Shown here: one piece after another, positions 24,237 to 37,519 of the stretch | How positions within the stretch are numbered: the stretch's first letter is position 1 | Layout: every line of letters starts with the position of its first letter | From: Octopus vulgaris | Lineage: Eukaryota | Reading direction: 5' to 3' | DNA length: 64,000 nucleotides | NCBI GenBank assembly: GCA_951406725.2 | Contig: OX597834.1 | Span: 21,390,001-21,454,000, forward strand | The notes under the pieces: generated by a model | Told to the model about the DNA's origin: nothing | The model's input: the letters and a program-made list of their open reading frames with translations, nothing else | Database searches by the model: none | Program-made: the position numbers and the translations under genes

Positions 24237-24398
24237 AAGGGCTTCTTTCAGTTTCCATCTACCAAATCCACTCACAAGGTTTTTGTCGACCCGCGGCTAT
24301 AGTAGAAGACACTTTGCCCTAGGTGCCAAGCAATGGGACTGAACCCGAAACCATGTGGTTGGGAAGCAAGCTACTTACCACACAGCCACTCCTGCACC
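24003..24398 (-). mobile_element. SINE family A, full length
   Basis: Ends CTTACCACACAGCCACTCCTGCACC (head on minus strand). Confidence 0.9.
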
Positions 24399-24987
24399 TT
24401 GTCAAAAAGAAGAAGAAGAAGAAAAAAAAGAAATAGAGGAAATATTCACTAAGCATGCTGCAATGAAGGCAACCTGCCTAGGAGAATGGTGACGCCAAAA
24501 ATCAAGTGATAGCAAGTAAAAGGAGAATTCTTGTCACATTGTCATGCCACAGTTAACATTCTGGGTTATGCAATAAAATGTGCTTGATCCATGCTGTAAA
24601 GGGAAGGATATCGAGCTGTAAGAAAATGTGTGATATAAGGGATATCAAACGTTGATTATTATTATTATTTTTTTTTGATCTTTTATTTTTTGCCGTTTGA
24701 TTGTGAATACGAAATAACAAAGGACCATAATATGTGGTTGAGATATATTCTGTGAGACCTGTCTGAATCGTATCAGCCTGGGGAAATAAAATAGAAGGAA
24801 ATGGATATACAACATGACGATGATGATGGTTGTGGTGGTATTGGTGGTGGTGGTGGTGGTGGTGGTCGTCGTCGTCATCATGATGTGCGTTATCATTACC
24901 TAGGAAACCAAGTTGACTACAGCTGTGCAGTTTTGTGAAGTCATTCATTATTCAATTCAGATATATATATTTATGTATATATATATG

Positions 24988-25031
<44 letters not shown>

Positions 25032-25149
25032 TATATATATGTATATATATATATAATCCATTGGTAGTTAAGAAGAAAGAAATAAAGGCAAAAACTTCAC
25101 TGCTCTGTCTTTCTTCTGTTCTTTCTTTCTTTCTTTTCTTTCTTTCTTT

Positions 25150-25201
<52 letters not shown>

Positions 25202-25689
25202 TCCTTGCCTCTCTGAGATTTCTGCAAAAGACACACCAGCGTATATACAACTCCATATGCACACACACACACACACACACACACATACATATCTACATAT
25301 ATATATGTGTGTGTGTGCTTCTGTGTGTATGTTTGCATGTGTGAATACATGTATGCATATGTGCATGTGTGTGTGTGTGTGTGTGCATACATATATACGT
25401 ATTATACATATGGGTATATGTGTGTGTGTGGGTGTGCGTGCATACATACATGCATGTACGCACATATATACGTAGATACACGCATACACATACACAGATT
25501 GTGTGAATATGCTCTATATTTGAAATATCTTTTTTAAGCAGCAATGTCTATTTTCGCTTCCTAAACATTTTGCTGTTCTTATCTAACATTTGTCCATTTT
25601 CCCCTCCAAAGAAATATAATAGAATACATATATACATATATATATGTACATATATACACACATACCTACATATATTTATATATAGATGT

Positions 25690-25783
25690 GTATATACAGA
25701 GAGAGAGAGAGATGTATATATAGGTATATACCTATATTTATAACTGTATAAGATATATATATATATATAAGATAGATAGACAG

Positions 25784-25814
<31 letters not shown>

Positions 25815-26082
25815 GAGACAGATGTATATATAGGTATATACCTATATTTATAACTGTATAAGATATATATATATATAGAGAGAGAGAGATAGATAGATTG
25901 ATAGATAGATAGATATATACGGAGAGAGACAGATATATATATAGGTATATACCTATATTTATAATTGTATAAGATATATATATATAGAGAGAGAGAGAGA
26001 TAGATAGATTGATAGATAGATAGATATATACGGAGAGAGACAGATATATATATAGGTATATACCTATATTTATAATTGTATA

Positions 26083-26100
<18 letters not shown>
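25690..26100. repeat. About 110-bp minisatellite, about 4 units
   Basis: Unit contains the palindrome ATATAGGTATATACCTATAT followed by TTATAA(C/T)TGTATAAG and GA/GATA tracts. Confidence 0.85.
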
Positions 26101-26123
<23 letters not shown>

Positions 26124-26842
26124 CATACATATATGTGTGTGTCTGTGTATGTATAAGCATGGAAAAGTAGACATACAAAGAGTGATGGTGGTGGTGGTGA
26201 TGACGACGATGACGATGATGATAATGATGATTTCCAGATCTCAATTTCTTTATGTCAGTGAAAGCTGTTCATTTATTAATGTCTGCCATCTTTATTAAGA
26301 AATCTTTGGTTAAAAGGAATAAGAACCGATTCGCTGGACTGTTGAAGACAATAAGTCTTTGAGAGCACAGACGTATATAAATATAGACAAATATATTTGT
26401 ACGTACGTATGTATGTATGTATGTATGTATATATATGTATGTATGTATGTATGTTTGTATGTATGTATGTGTGTATGTATGTATGTATGTATGTACGTAC
26501 GTATGTATGTATGTATGTATGTATGTACGTACGTATGTACGAATAGGTGTGGACAGATATAGCATAGCATTTAATTTCAGATTTATCAAGTTAATGAGAT
26601 GGTCATCTAATCTGCTAGAAATAGCAGCTAAATCATCCTCAAGTCACAGCATACTGTGACTAAAAATAGATAAAAATAAACAAATGCTCTTCGACTAATG
26701 TTGTCTAGGTTTGCTATATTGTCGGTGGGCCTAGAAATTTGCCTTGTGTGCCAATTTTGGCTTTCTCTGCAATATATTTTCAAGACAATGCCCCAGCATG
26801 GCCACACTCCAGTGATTGAAACAAGTAGAAGAAAGATGATAT

Positions 26843-27057
26843 TCTTTTATTCGTTCACTTGTTTCATTCATTTGACTGCGGCCATGCTGGAGCACCGCCT
26901 TTACTCGAGCAAATCGACCCTAGTACTTATTCTTTGAAAGCCTAGTACTTATTCAATTGGTCTCTTTTGCTGAACTGTTAAGTTACGAGGACGTAAACAT
27001 ACCACCCTTGGTTGTCAAGCAATGTTGTGGGGGACAAACACAGACACACAAACATAT

Positions 27058-27121
<64 letters not shown>

Positions 27122-27285
27122 GACAGGCTTCTTTCAGTTTCCGTCTACCAAATCCACTCACAAGGCTTTGGTCGGCCCAAGGCTATATAGTAGAAGAGAC
27201 TTGTCCAAGGTGCCACGCAGTGGGACTGAACCCAGAACCATGTGGTTTGTAAGCAAGCTACTTACCACAGAGCCACTCCTGCACC
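26843..27285 (-). mobile_element. SINE family A, full length
   Basis: Full reverse-complement match; tail-to-tail with an older + strand A tail at about 26785-26830. Confidence 0.9.
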
Positions 27286-28791
27286 TACTGACAAACTTAT
27301 TTATCTAAATTCTTCACTATTTTCAAAATTAATGGAAAACAAACGGCCGAGTATTTCAGCAGAAATGTATGGCAACAAAAGGGTTTAACAATGAAATATC
27401 TTTTACATTGAAAAGCTAAGTTCCTTCATTCTTAGTAATCAGTCAATAGTTGTATATCTAAATTATGGTTGGCTGGACCATAAAAGACCTAGTAGTGGAC
27501 TTGTTAGAACAGTTATTGAGATGTTTGGACAAATATCTGCTCGTCTTATATACAGAGGCTGGACATTTCCTGTGTCCATTTCTGTGTAAACACCATTAGA
27601 ATGGTGTTCTTGGAAACAGAACAGAGTCAATATACAGAAGCTATGTATATAAATATTAATACCCTCAAAAACGCAAAGGTGAAAATCAGAGGTCGTTGTC
27701 TTGCTTTGATTTAATGACGTTGAACAGACGAGAGATAATTATCAATTATTTGCATAAGATATGACATCAGTGTTCCACAGATAATCATTCCCAAGTGGTT
27801 TTGGTACCTGACAGCCAGATGAAACAAAGGTGTCGTGAAAATTACAATGTGGACATTATTAATTATGAATTTGGTTTGTGTTCTTGAGCAAGACACTTCA
27901 TTATACATTACTGCTACCACTCAGCTGGAAATCTGTGCCAGTAGCAGCAGCAGCAGCAGCAGCAGTAGTAGCTAGTGGGGTGACAGGGGTGGTAATACAT
28001 ATGCAATCTGGTGTCCCTTAAGGGGAGAATCATGTAGTATCAGTTCCCTAAACTTTACATTTCTCATAGGAAGGGAACCCTGTGTCTCTTTTGCTGAGGA
28101 GGTGTAATAAGTCTAAACCATAGTTAGAGTTACTTCCCTTCCTTGCCAAAATGCTTAAAATGTTTAAAATACTATTTGTCATAGATGCAAATGTTCTCTT
28201 TTCCTCACCACAATGTCAACTATCTTGGGCTTAAAGCCTTATGGGGCTTGAACTTAACCATATTTTTGGAACCATTCTGATTTAGGCAAGTAGTTTCCAT
28301 AGAGATAAAAATAAAATATTATTGAAAACTTTTTTATCCACCCAAAACCCGTCTTTATTAATGAGAAAACAAAATATAATTTGTTGTGTCTGGGGGTCAT
28401 AGTAAAAGACACTTGCCCAAATTTACCATGCAGTAGGATTGAAACCCTAACTATGTAAATAGGAAGCAAACTCCTTGAAAAGTCTGCCAGCAAGGAAATT
28501 GAATGTTTGGCCTATGAGTAGGGAGTTTGGTGCTTTATCCACTGGGCCAATCTCGCTTCCCCAATGATATCTTAATTGATACAGAGCAGTGCTTTAGGTT
28601 TATATTGAATGGGAAAATCGGGGTCTGTGCTATTCTAGAACCTAACACCAAAAACATCTGGAAAGATTAGGGTTTAGGAAAACCTTCTTTAATAGTTAAT
28701 GGGTTAACAGCAATATATAAACACAGATATATATATATATATATATCAATTTACATATGTATGTGTGTATGTGCATACATACATGCACACA

Positions 28792-28834
<43 letters not shown>

Positions 28835-28929
28835 CTTTGGTTTGGATTAGGCATTATCATTTTGTTGAAAACATCAGGCATCAGGAGATTATAGAATGGT
28901 GAGGAATGGATGATGTGATGGTGTGCAGG

Positions 28930-29093
28930 GTGGAGAGAGATGGGGACAGAGAGAGGAAAAGAGGAGAAAGAGAGAGATGGATGGAAGAGTGAGAAAGGAG
29001 GAGAGAGAGAGAGACAGAGAGAGAGAGAGACAGAGACAGAGTATAGTTCAAGATGACAGATGAGACACTAAGAAATAAACAGACAAAATAGCC

Positions 29094-29128
<35 letters not shown>

Positions 29129-29225
29129 TTGAATACAGCTTTATTGATAGAGAGAGGGAGGGAGGGAAGAGACAAGATTTGAAACAGGGTAAAGAGATGA
29201 AAACAAAAAAGATAGGAAGGACAGA

Positions 29226-29274
<49 letters not shown>

Positions 29275-29650
29275 ATGAGAGAGAGAGGGGTGTAAAGATG
29301 AGAAATAACTGTATAGAAGGAGAGAGGGAAAGAAGGAGGGAGAGAGAGGAAAAGGAAGGGAAAAAAGAAGAGAAAGATATTGATAGAGATAGAGGGAAGA
29401 ACAAGTGAGAGAGAGAGAGAGAGAGAAGTGGAGGGTATGTTTGAGGAGAGAAAGTACAGCTGAGAGTTCTTGATAATGAAAAGGAAGAGAAGAAAGAAGG
29501 AAACAAAATAACACATGATGGAAAAAAGAGAAAAAGCCAGTTGTTTGGTGCAGAGGGTGGAGTTTTGAGGGAGCTTTATTGATAGACATGAGAAGCCAGA
29601 GAGAGAGAGAGGGAGAGAGAGAGAGAAAGAAGGGAGAAGCACAAAAGAGA
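28930..29650. repeat. Purine-rich (GA)n region
   Basis: Directly visible. Confidence 0.9.
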
Positions 29651-29692
29651 AATGGTTGCGCCAAAAGCAAATCAGTCAATGAGATAAGCATA

Positions 29693-29723
<31 letters not shown>

Positions 29724-29928
29724 TGTGTGTGTTCTGAAGCAGTGATGTCCTCATATCTTTATCTGAAAATATACATTGGTGCCAAGTTGAAATGGGTTCA
29801 ATATTTGATCTGTTCCACCATGTGTGAGAGAGAGATGGGGAGTGGGTTTCTGTTTTTACCTTACTGTAGCCCTTTTGTTACCAACCTGACTATGACCAAC
29901 CCTGGTCCTGTTATACAATTTCCCTGTT

Positions 29929-30384
29929 TTAACCCTTTAGTGCTTAAACCTGGCCATATCCTGCCAAAATATTCTACCTATTTTATGGTCAAGCTAGTCA
30001 GATATGGTCATTCATAGCTACCTAATAAGGTGTCGTTTTAAAAATAAAGAATCACATCATTGGAATCTCAAAGCCATGAAATGATGCAAGATTAACCCTT
30101 TAGTGTTCGCATTATTCTGCCAAAATTAATGCTTCTTCATCTACATTGTTTTGAATTAATCACGCATTATCTTGTAGTTATGAGATTTTGATGCGGAAGC
30201 TGTCCATTTTTAAGATGATATTGTAAGGTTGGTGTGAGAGACCAGATCTGGCCATTTTGAACATAAAACAGGCAGAATACTTTTGGTCGGATATGGCCGG
30301 TTTAAATGCAAAAGGGTTAATTTTACATGGTGTGAATACATAAGCTTTACATTTGACAGAATAATCTGAATGCTAAAGGGTTAA
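29929..30384 (+). mobile_element. piggyBac-type MITE family 1, outer copy
   Basis: TTAA-CCCTTTAG...CTAAAGGG-TTAA; colinear with 50080-50307 once 30092-30320 is removed. Confidence 0.75.
30092..30320 (-). mobile_element. piggyBac-type MITE family 1, inner inverted copy
   Basis: TTAA-CCCTTTAGTG...GCAAAAGGG-TTAA; reverse complement of 50080-50307. Confidence 0.85.
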
Positions 30385-30471
30385 AGGGAACTAAATTAAA
30401 AACTTCAATCAAAATTCCATGATAATTTATGTTCCAAACTCTAGCTAAATAACAACAAATTTATTCTATTT

Positions 30472-30760
30472 AATTACCTCCCCCTTAGCAAAGGCGGAGG
30501 TATTGTTTTCAGTCGTATTTATTTGTTTGTTTGTCCATGGACAAGATATCTCAAGAACCGCTGGATGGATTCGGATGAAACTTTCAGGGATGTTTGGCCT
30601 CATGACTAGCATAAACTGATTAGATTTAGGGATTGATCCAGTAACGGACAAGGATTCTGGATAATTTTTCCTGTTTCTTTACTGAATTTTTGAAAGTGGT
30701 TGGGTTCATTCTTAGTATTCTGGTTTGTGAGAGCAGTTGAGTTTATTTCAGATCTCCTTG
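30472..30760 (+). mobile_element. Helentron-associated (HINE/DINE-like) non-autonomous element
   Basis: TTACCTCC-CCTTAGCAAAGGC-GGAGGTA terminal hairpin, then (TTTG)n microsatellite, then GATATCTCAAGAACCGCTGGATGGATTCGGATGAAACTT; this is the usual HINE layout. Confidence 0.6.
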
Positions 30761-30870
30761 TATTTCCTTGAGCAAGTGTTTTCTATGATAGCTTTGGGTT
30801 GACCAAAGCCTTGCGAGTAAATTAGGTAAAGAGAAACTGAAAGAAGCCCATCATACATACATACAAACAT

Positions 30871-30970
30871 ATGAAGGGGTACTGAAAAGTTCCTTGCTTT
30901 TGGTAAAAGAAAATACAGGAAGATTAGTTGATTATGATTTTATTCAACATATTCATTCCCCTCTCGGATT
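30871..30970 (-). mobile_element. Mariner MITE fragment
   Basis: GAAGGGGTACTGAAAAGTTCCTTGCTTTTGGTAAAAGAAAATACAGG matches the 20146 and 20990 copies. Confidence 0.65.
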
Positions 30971-30987
30971 TTAAATTAAAATGTTGT

Positions 30988-31144
30988 TGGCTGTGTGGTA
31001 AGTAGCTTGCTTACCAACCACATGGTTCCGGGTTCAGTCCTACTGCGTGACAGCTTGGGCAAGTGTCTTCTACTATAGACTCCAGCCAAGCAAAGCCTTG
31101 TGAGTGGATTTGATAGACGGAAACTGAAAGAAACCCATCGTATA

Positions 31145-31175
<31 letters not shown>

Positions 31176-32217
31176 TAAGGTATGTAGAAAAATACAACAT
31201 GGACAAGAACGTATAACTCTTAGAAGACGACACAATAAACACGGACAGGACATTCGAAACCCTCAGTCTTCAGTCAAGAACCGGATCATCGTAGTAATTT
31301 CGGCTGATTAATCTTGAGATTACTAGATCACGGCCAGCCCTCCAAGAAAAACCAAGCAACGAGCATTAGAAAAACTAAGCTGGAAGCGTAGATTTCCTGG
31401 AAGAAGGATCGAATGCATACGAACACCAGGACAGCAAAAGGGACAGATATAAAAAAAAAAAACAAAAAACAATAATGGAATACAGAAACATGAAATACAG
31501 AAGCATTAACGGTGAAAACAACAGTGTCTTACGACTGATAACAAGCAAACAAATTTTTTCTCTGGCGCAATGGAAAAAGCCTTTATAGTGGCGGACGAAA
31601 ACAGCGATGTTAACAAGACGAGGGTCAGGAACTGAAAGGCAGATTTCGGCCAACAGTCACGTGACAGAGAAGAGGAAAAGAAAAGAAAGAGAAGCAAAGG
31701 AAGAGAGAGAGAGAGAGAGAGAGAGAGGAGGGACAAACGCAACAAAGAGAGAGAAGAGAGAGAAAGAAGGAATCAGAGAGAAGGGATGGGTGTCGAAGAA
31801 TGACCTGTGAGTGCAGAGCGAGACAAAGAAATAGGAGGGTAGTGGAAGACTAGACCAAAGAATCAGAGGAAAGAGAAGAGAAAAAGAGGATGAGTAGAGA
31901 GAAAAGAGAGAGAGGGGGACAGATCAAGTAAAAATGAGAGAGAGAGAGAGACAAACAGAGAGTCGTACCAATTATTAAGAATATGTGCTCACATAAATGT
32001 TAAGGGGGGTACGGGGCGCCTGGAATATATGTTAAGGTATGTAGAAAAATACAACATGGACAAGAACGTATAACTCTTAGAAGACGACACAATAAACACG
32101 GACAGGACATTCGAAACCCTCAGTCTTCAGTCAAGAACCGGATCATATATATATATATATATATATATTGGAAGGTTTGGAGATGATGTACAGGTATTTT
32201 ATATTAGAATTTGTGTG

Positions 32218-32259
<42 letters not shown>

Positions 32260-32465
32260 TATATGTGTGTGTGTGTGTATATATTTGTGTGTCTGTGTTT
32301 TTCTCCCCACCATCACTTGACAACCGATGATGGTGTGTTTACGTCCCCATAACTTAGCAGTTCGGCAAAAAGAGACCAACAGAATAAGCTCTAGGCTTAC
32401 AAAGAATAAGTCGACTTAAGGCAGTGCTCCAGCATGGCCACAGTCAAATGACTGAAATGAGTTAA
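30988..32465 (+). mobile_element. SINE family A split by an insertion in its internal microsatellite
   Basis: Head at 30988-31140; 3' half at 32285-32465. Confidence 0.85.
31175..32146. mobile_element. Non-coding element with identical 115-bp terminal direct repeats (857-bp period)
   Basis: 31175-31289 is identical to 32032-32146; both outer ends abut (TA)n. Confidence 0.8.
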
Positions 32466-32659
32466 AAAAAAAAGTTATTAAATTTCGAGGTTTTGCTCCA
32501 GCTTGGTCGTATCCTTGATGGCCAAATCACAATGAATGTGTATGTAATAGTTATATATCAAAGGGCTGTAGGTAGCAGCATTTTCTGGTAGAATAGCAGC
32601 ACAATGCTGGGTTTAACAGATTTTGGTAACCAACAGCTTGGTCATATGATGTCAGGACT

Positions 32660-33260
32660 AACACACACACACACACACACACATAGAGAGAGACATACAC
32701 ACACACACACATAGAGAGAGACATACACACAAACATACTTGTACACACAACACACTCAAATTCACAGATATACATACACACAAATTCACACAGATACATG
32801 CACACACACACACACATACATACATATAGAGAGACATGCACACAAACATACTTGTACACACAGACACACAACACACACAAATTCACAGATACACATACAC
32901 ACAAATTCACACAGATACATACACACACACACACACACACATAGTGAAAGACATACACACAAACATACTTGTACACACAGACACACAACACGCACAAATT
33001 CACAGATACACATACACACAAATTCACACAGATACACACACACACACACACACATACATACATATAGAGAGACATGCACACAAACATACTTGTACACACA
33101 GACACACAACACGTACAAATTCACAGATACACATACACAACAAATTCACACAGATACATGCGCACACACACACACACACACACACACATACATACATAGA
33201 GAAAGACATACACACAAACATACTTGTACATACAGACACACAACACTCACAGATACACAT
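32660..33260. repeat. About 120-bp CA-rich minisatellite, about 5 units
   Basis: Recurring CAAACATACTTGTACACACAGACACACAAC...CAAATTCACAGATAC. Confidence 0.9.
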
Positions 33261-33348
33261 ACACACACACACACACATACTTGCATACACTCATACACAC
33301 ACAAATTCAAGCAGATATACACACACTCACATATACACTCACTCACAA

Positions 33349-33380
<32 letters not shown>

Positions 33381-33466
33381 GCTCACACACACACACACTT
33401 CCAGCATCTCGCACACTAACACACATACACATAAATTCCTTTTCCGTAGCATTCGATTATCCAACA

Positions 33467-33504
<38 letters not shown>

Positions 33505-33624
33505 TGCGTGTGTTGGTTAACATAAAATAAATAAATAAAATCCCCTCTATCACATGACCACCACACTAATGACGTCATTTGAATGTACTTAAAATATGTC
33601 TGTTGTAGCATCACCCTTTAAGAA

Positions 33625-33864
33625 GTAAAAACGAAGGTCGACCTTGGCGAGATTTGAACTCTTGACGTCCAGAGACACAAGGCAAATGCTTAACCAGCAA
33701 AATGCTTAGCGATATTTCTCCCGTCGCCACGTTCTGAGATCAAATTCCGCCGAGGTCGGCTTTGCCTTTCGTCTTTTCGAGGTTGACAAATTAAGTACCA
33801 GTGAAACACTGGGGTCGATGTAATCTATTACTCCCCTCCCCTACAATTTCATGCCTTGTGCCTA

Positions 33865-33898
<34 letters not shown>

Positions 33899-34075
33899 CC
33901 ATGGTTGTGAGCTGGCAGAATTGTTAGCACACCGGACTAAATGCTAAACGCATTTCGTCCGGCTTCGTGTTCTGAGTTCGAATTCGACTTTTGGGGGTCG
34001 ATAAAATAAGTAAATCACTGGAGTTTGTTATATAGTCGACCGGTGCCCCTCCCCTCAAAATTACTGGCCTTGCGT
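33625..34075. mobile_element. Cluster of diverged family B fragments (one -, two +)
   Basis: GGTCGACCTTGGCGAGATTTGAACTC on -, GTTCTGAGATCAAATTCCGCCGAGGTCGG on +, GAGCTGGCAGAATTGTTAGCACACCGG on +. Confidence 0.7.
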
Positions 34076-34217
34076 TTACAGTGGACACGATTATTATTGT
34101 TATTCATTAACGGCGTAACTCATTAAAATTAGCGACTACTTTTACGACTATCAATGAATAAATTGCAAAATACTACACACACACACACACACATAAACAC
34201 ACACATGTATGCTCGTA

Positions 34218-34248
<31 letters not shown>

Positions 34249-34599
34249 GAAGCTCGCCTGTACGGTTATATTTACGGCACACCCATGCGGCCGATCATCA
34301 CACACGCACTAAATAAATGAACATGATATATATATATATAATCCTTGCATGTTCACCTATACACGCACACACTCGCATACACAAGCACATACTCGCAGTC
34401 AAACATACACACGCGCACGCATGTACACAGAGACCCACTCTCGCACAAACACACACCCACATGTGCATGTACACATATGTAAGCTCGCATGCACAGACAC
34501 ACACACACCCTAAACGGAAGGTTGAGCCTGTTTCTATGCGGTAATACCATCCACATACAAGAAAGAACAGCTAAATTACGCTCAAATCTCACGCTACCG

Positions 34600-34965
34600 C
34601 CTTGAGCAGGCAGACACGTTAGCGCGCCGGGCGAAATGCTTAGCGGTATTTCGTCTGTCGTTACGTTCTGAGTTCAAATTCCGCCGATGTCAACTTTGCC
34701 TTCCAACCTTTCGGGGTCGATAAATTAAGTACCAGTTACGCACTGGGGTCAATGTAATCGACTTAATACCTATGTCTGTCCTTGTTTGTCCTCTCTGTGT
34801 TTAGCCCCTTGTGGGTAATAAAGAAATAGAAATAGGTATTTCATCTGTCGTTACGTTCTGAGTTCAAATTCCGCCGAGGTCAACTTTGCCTATAATCGAC
34901 TCAATCCCTTCGCCTGTCCTTGTTTGTCCCCTCTATGTTTAGCCCCTTCTGGGCAGTAAAGAACT
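34600..34965 (+). mobile_element. SINE family B plus tandem internally deleted partial copy
   Basis: Close match to 9565-9800; GGTATTTC(G/A)TCTGTCGTTACGTTCTGAG restarts at about 34835. Confidence 0.85.
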
Positions 34966-35016
34966 ATATTATTGTTATTTATAAAGAAAGAAAAGAAAAG
35001 AAAATCCAGATCGTTT

Positions 35017-35395
35017 AGCTTTTAATTGTCTTCAGTCATTGGACTGCGGTCATGCTGGGGCAATGTCTTCAAGGCGCTAATCGAGAAAAGTCAGTCGAAA
35101 TACTCACTTTTTAAAGTCTGATATTTATTCTGTTCGTTCTCTTGCCGATCCGCTAGGTTATAGAAACGTAAACAAACCAGAATCGATTGTTAAACAGATG
35201 GGAAATAAACACACACACACATACATATGCGATAGGTTTCGTTCAGTTTCCGTCTCTCAAATCCATTCACGAGGCTTCGGTTGGCCCGAAGCTAAAGTAG
35301 AAGATGCTTGCCCGATGTGCCTTGCCATGGAACTGAACCCGGAACCATGTAATTGGGAAGCAAGCTTCTTAAATGCCCAACCTCAATTACGCCTA
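35017..35395 (-). mobile_element. Old SINE family A copy
   Basis: Diverged but colinear with family A; CpGs retained. Confidence 0.7.
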
Positions 35396-35937
35396 TCCAT
35401 GTTCAGGGCACATCTGGTCATACAACTGGTCGTTTAGGATTAACCTGGGGCGAAACAACAACAACAACAACAGCAGCAAGAGTGTAAAGAGAGTTATCCG
35501 ATTGAATTGTCCCCAGAATCTGACTGGTATTGTACTTTACTTAACCCCGGTAGCATGATTTACAAAGACAGTCGAACATACTCTAACTTCCATCGGTCAA
35601 TTGTTTCCAAGACATGCGACTTAACTCGAAATAAACGACGTATCACGGAGAACCATTTTAAAAACTTTATTAGCTTCGATCAATTTTTACGTGGATTTTA
35701 TTTGGTTATCCACCAAAGTATTAGTAAGTTAAACAAAAGCTCGGCAATAGGGAATGCAGAGGGTGTACACGCACCCCCTAAAACTTTACGATGAAAACTC
35801 TTTGAACATCCATCTTTCTTGAAAAACTTCATCGCCAAAACGAACGAGCTAACCATTCTTGGACGAATTTGAAACACTACTTTACCATTTTTGGATGTAT
35901 CTGACTTGATTGGTGTACAAAGGATAATAATGGTAAT

Positions 35938-36250
35938 TCTTTCTATTATAGGTACAAGGCTTGAAATTTGGGTGGGGGTAGTCGATTACATCGATCTCCA
36001 GTGCTTCATTGGTATATATTTCATTGAACTCGAAAGCATGAAATGCAGCGTCGACCTCGGCAGGATTTGAACTCAGAACGTAAGACAGAAATTTTGAAGC
36101 TGAAAAAAAATCAAGACCTAGCGGTTCGGCAAAAGAGACCGATAGAATAAGTACTAGGCTTACTAAGAATAAGTCCCGGGGTCGATTTGCTCGACTAAAG
36201 ACGGTGCTCCAGCATGGCCACAATCAAAATGACTGAAACAAGTAAAAGAG
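35938..36250. mobile_element. Family B fragment (-) and family A 3' fragment (+)
   Basis: GTCGACCTCGGCAGGATTTGAACTCAGAACG; TAGCGGTTCGGCAAAAGAGACCGATAGAATAAGTACTAGGC. Confidence 0.75.
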
Positions 36251-37319
36251 TACTGCAAAAAACAAAAAAAACAACCGATATCCTAACCCAAAAATGTTTG
36301 CACGCTCAAGAAAATTTCGTTTCCGCGTTTAATATTTTGACGGTGTTTATTTTTCATTTTAATTTTAACGCTTTAGATATGTTCCCTGAGACCGACGAGA
36401 AGTCGAGTGGAGTAGGTCCATTAATTTCTTTAGAAATAAAAACAACGTAAAGTAAACAACTCAACTCGAACCCGAAAAGATGTATGACAATGTACACCCA
36501 AAACGAATTGCCTCGTTATAGCAAGATTAAGGGAAATAACTCTTATTAAGTAAGACAAAGTTACTCCCCTTGACAGCTGCCTCTTGCCGTTATTTCTATT
36601 ATATAAAATAACTATCAAATTTGTCAGTTCCTTAAGTTAGTAACAACAAAGAAAAAAAAAAAACATTTGCAAGGCCATGCTACAGCTTCATAATATTCTT
36701 TCCTTTCTATTTTGGGGTGATACGTAAATTCTTTTGCATTCATTTCTTGCCATTTGTTTTAAAAAGATGCTATTAAATAGATTTTTACGAATATGTTACA
36801 AAAGGCGATATTAGTATCCGCCTAACAAATATTTTTATTTTTTATTTTATATTTATGTATATTCTTATTTCTATTTTAATCTCAAATATAAAAATTTAAA
36901 TTCTGATACGTATATATATTTTAATTTATATTTGGGTTTTACATATAAACACTTACAATACAGGATTTGAAAAGAAGGGAAGCGGAATAACTTCGTCGCT
37001 AATTGATTTGCTAAATACAATAGCAACGGGGAAAAAATAGAACAAATTTTTTTTTAAATATATCCAAACAACTTTTAATATTTTTTCCACAAATAAAATA
37101 AAATAAATTTTGTTTAAGAAAAAAAAACATCAGTTTTCAATGGTTATTGAATTCATAATCGAAGGTTCGATAACAGATGTGGGGGTGGGGGGTGTTTTAA
37201 ATTATTTCATTTATTTTTATTGGAATTTATTCTTTTTAACAAGAATCATTGTTTCAAAAATAAAAATTTTAATAAAGAAATTTAACCCAAAAAAAATTAT
37301 AGAGAACAACAAAACTAAT

Positions 37320-37487
37320 TCTCTCACTCACTCTCTCTCTTTCTCTCACTCTCTGTAGCTTTGATTTTGTTTCTCTCTCTTTGTCTGACTCTCTTTCTCT
37401 CTCCTACATTTTCTCTCTCCCTCTCTTTCTCCATTTCTCTGTCTCTCTGCCTACTTTCTCTCTTTCTCTCATTCACTGTCTGTTAAC

Positions 37488-37519
<32 letters not shown>

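Larger units (their letters stand above)
29866..30465. mobile_element. TTAA-type MITE family 2 hosting nested family 1 MITEs
   Basis: Begins CCCTTTTGTTACC; resumes after 30384 with CTAAATTAAAAACTTC...AATTTATGTTCCAAAC, which also occurs at 46160-46575 and 50790-51385. Confidence 0.6.

Noticed and set aside
31240-31330. Hammerhead in the 115-bp terminal repeat (minus strand CTGAAGA...CGAATGTC)
   Set aside because: No convincing stem II, and GAAT instead of GAAA; cannot be supported by eye.
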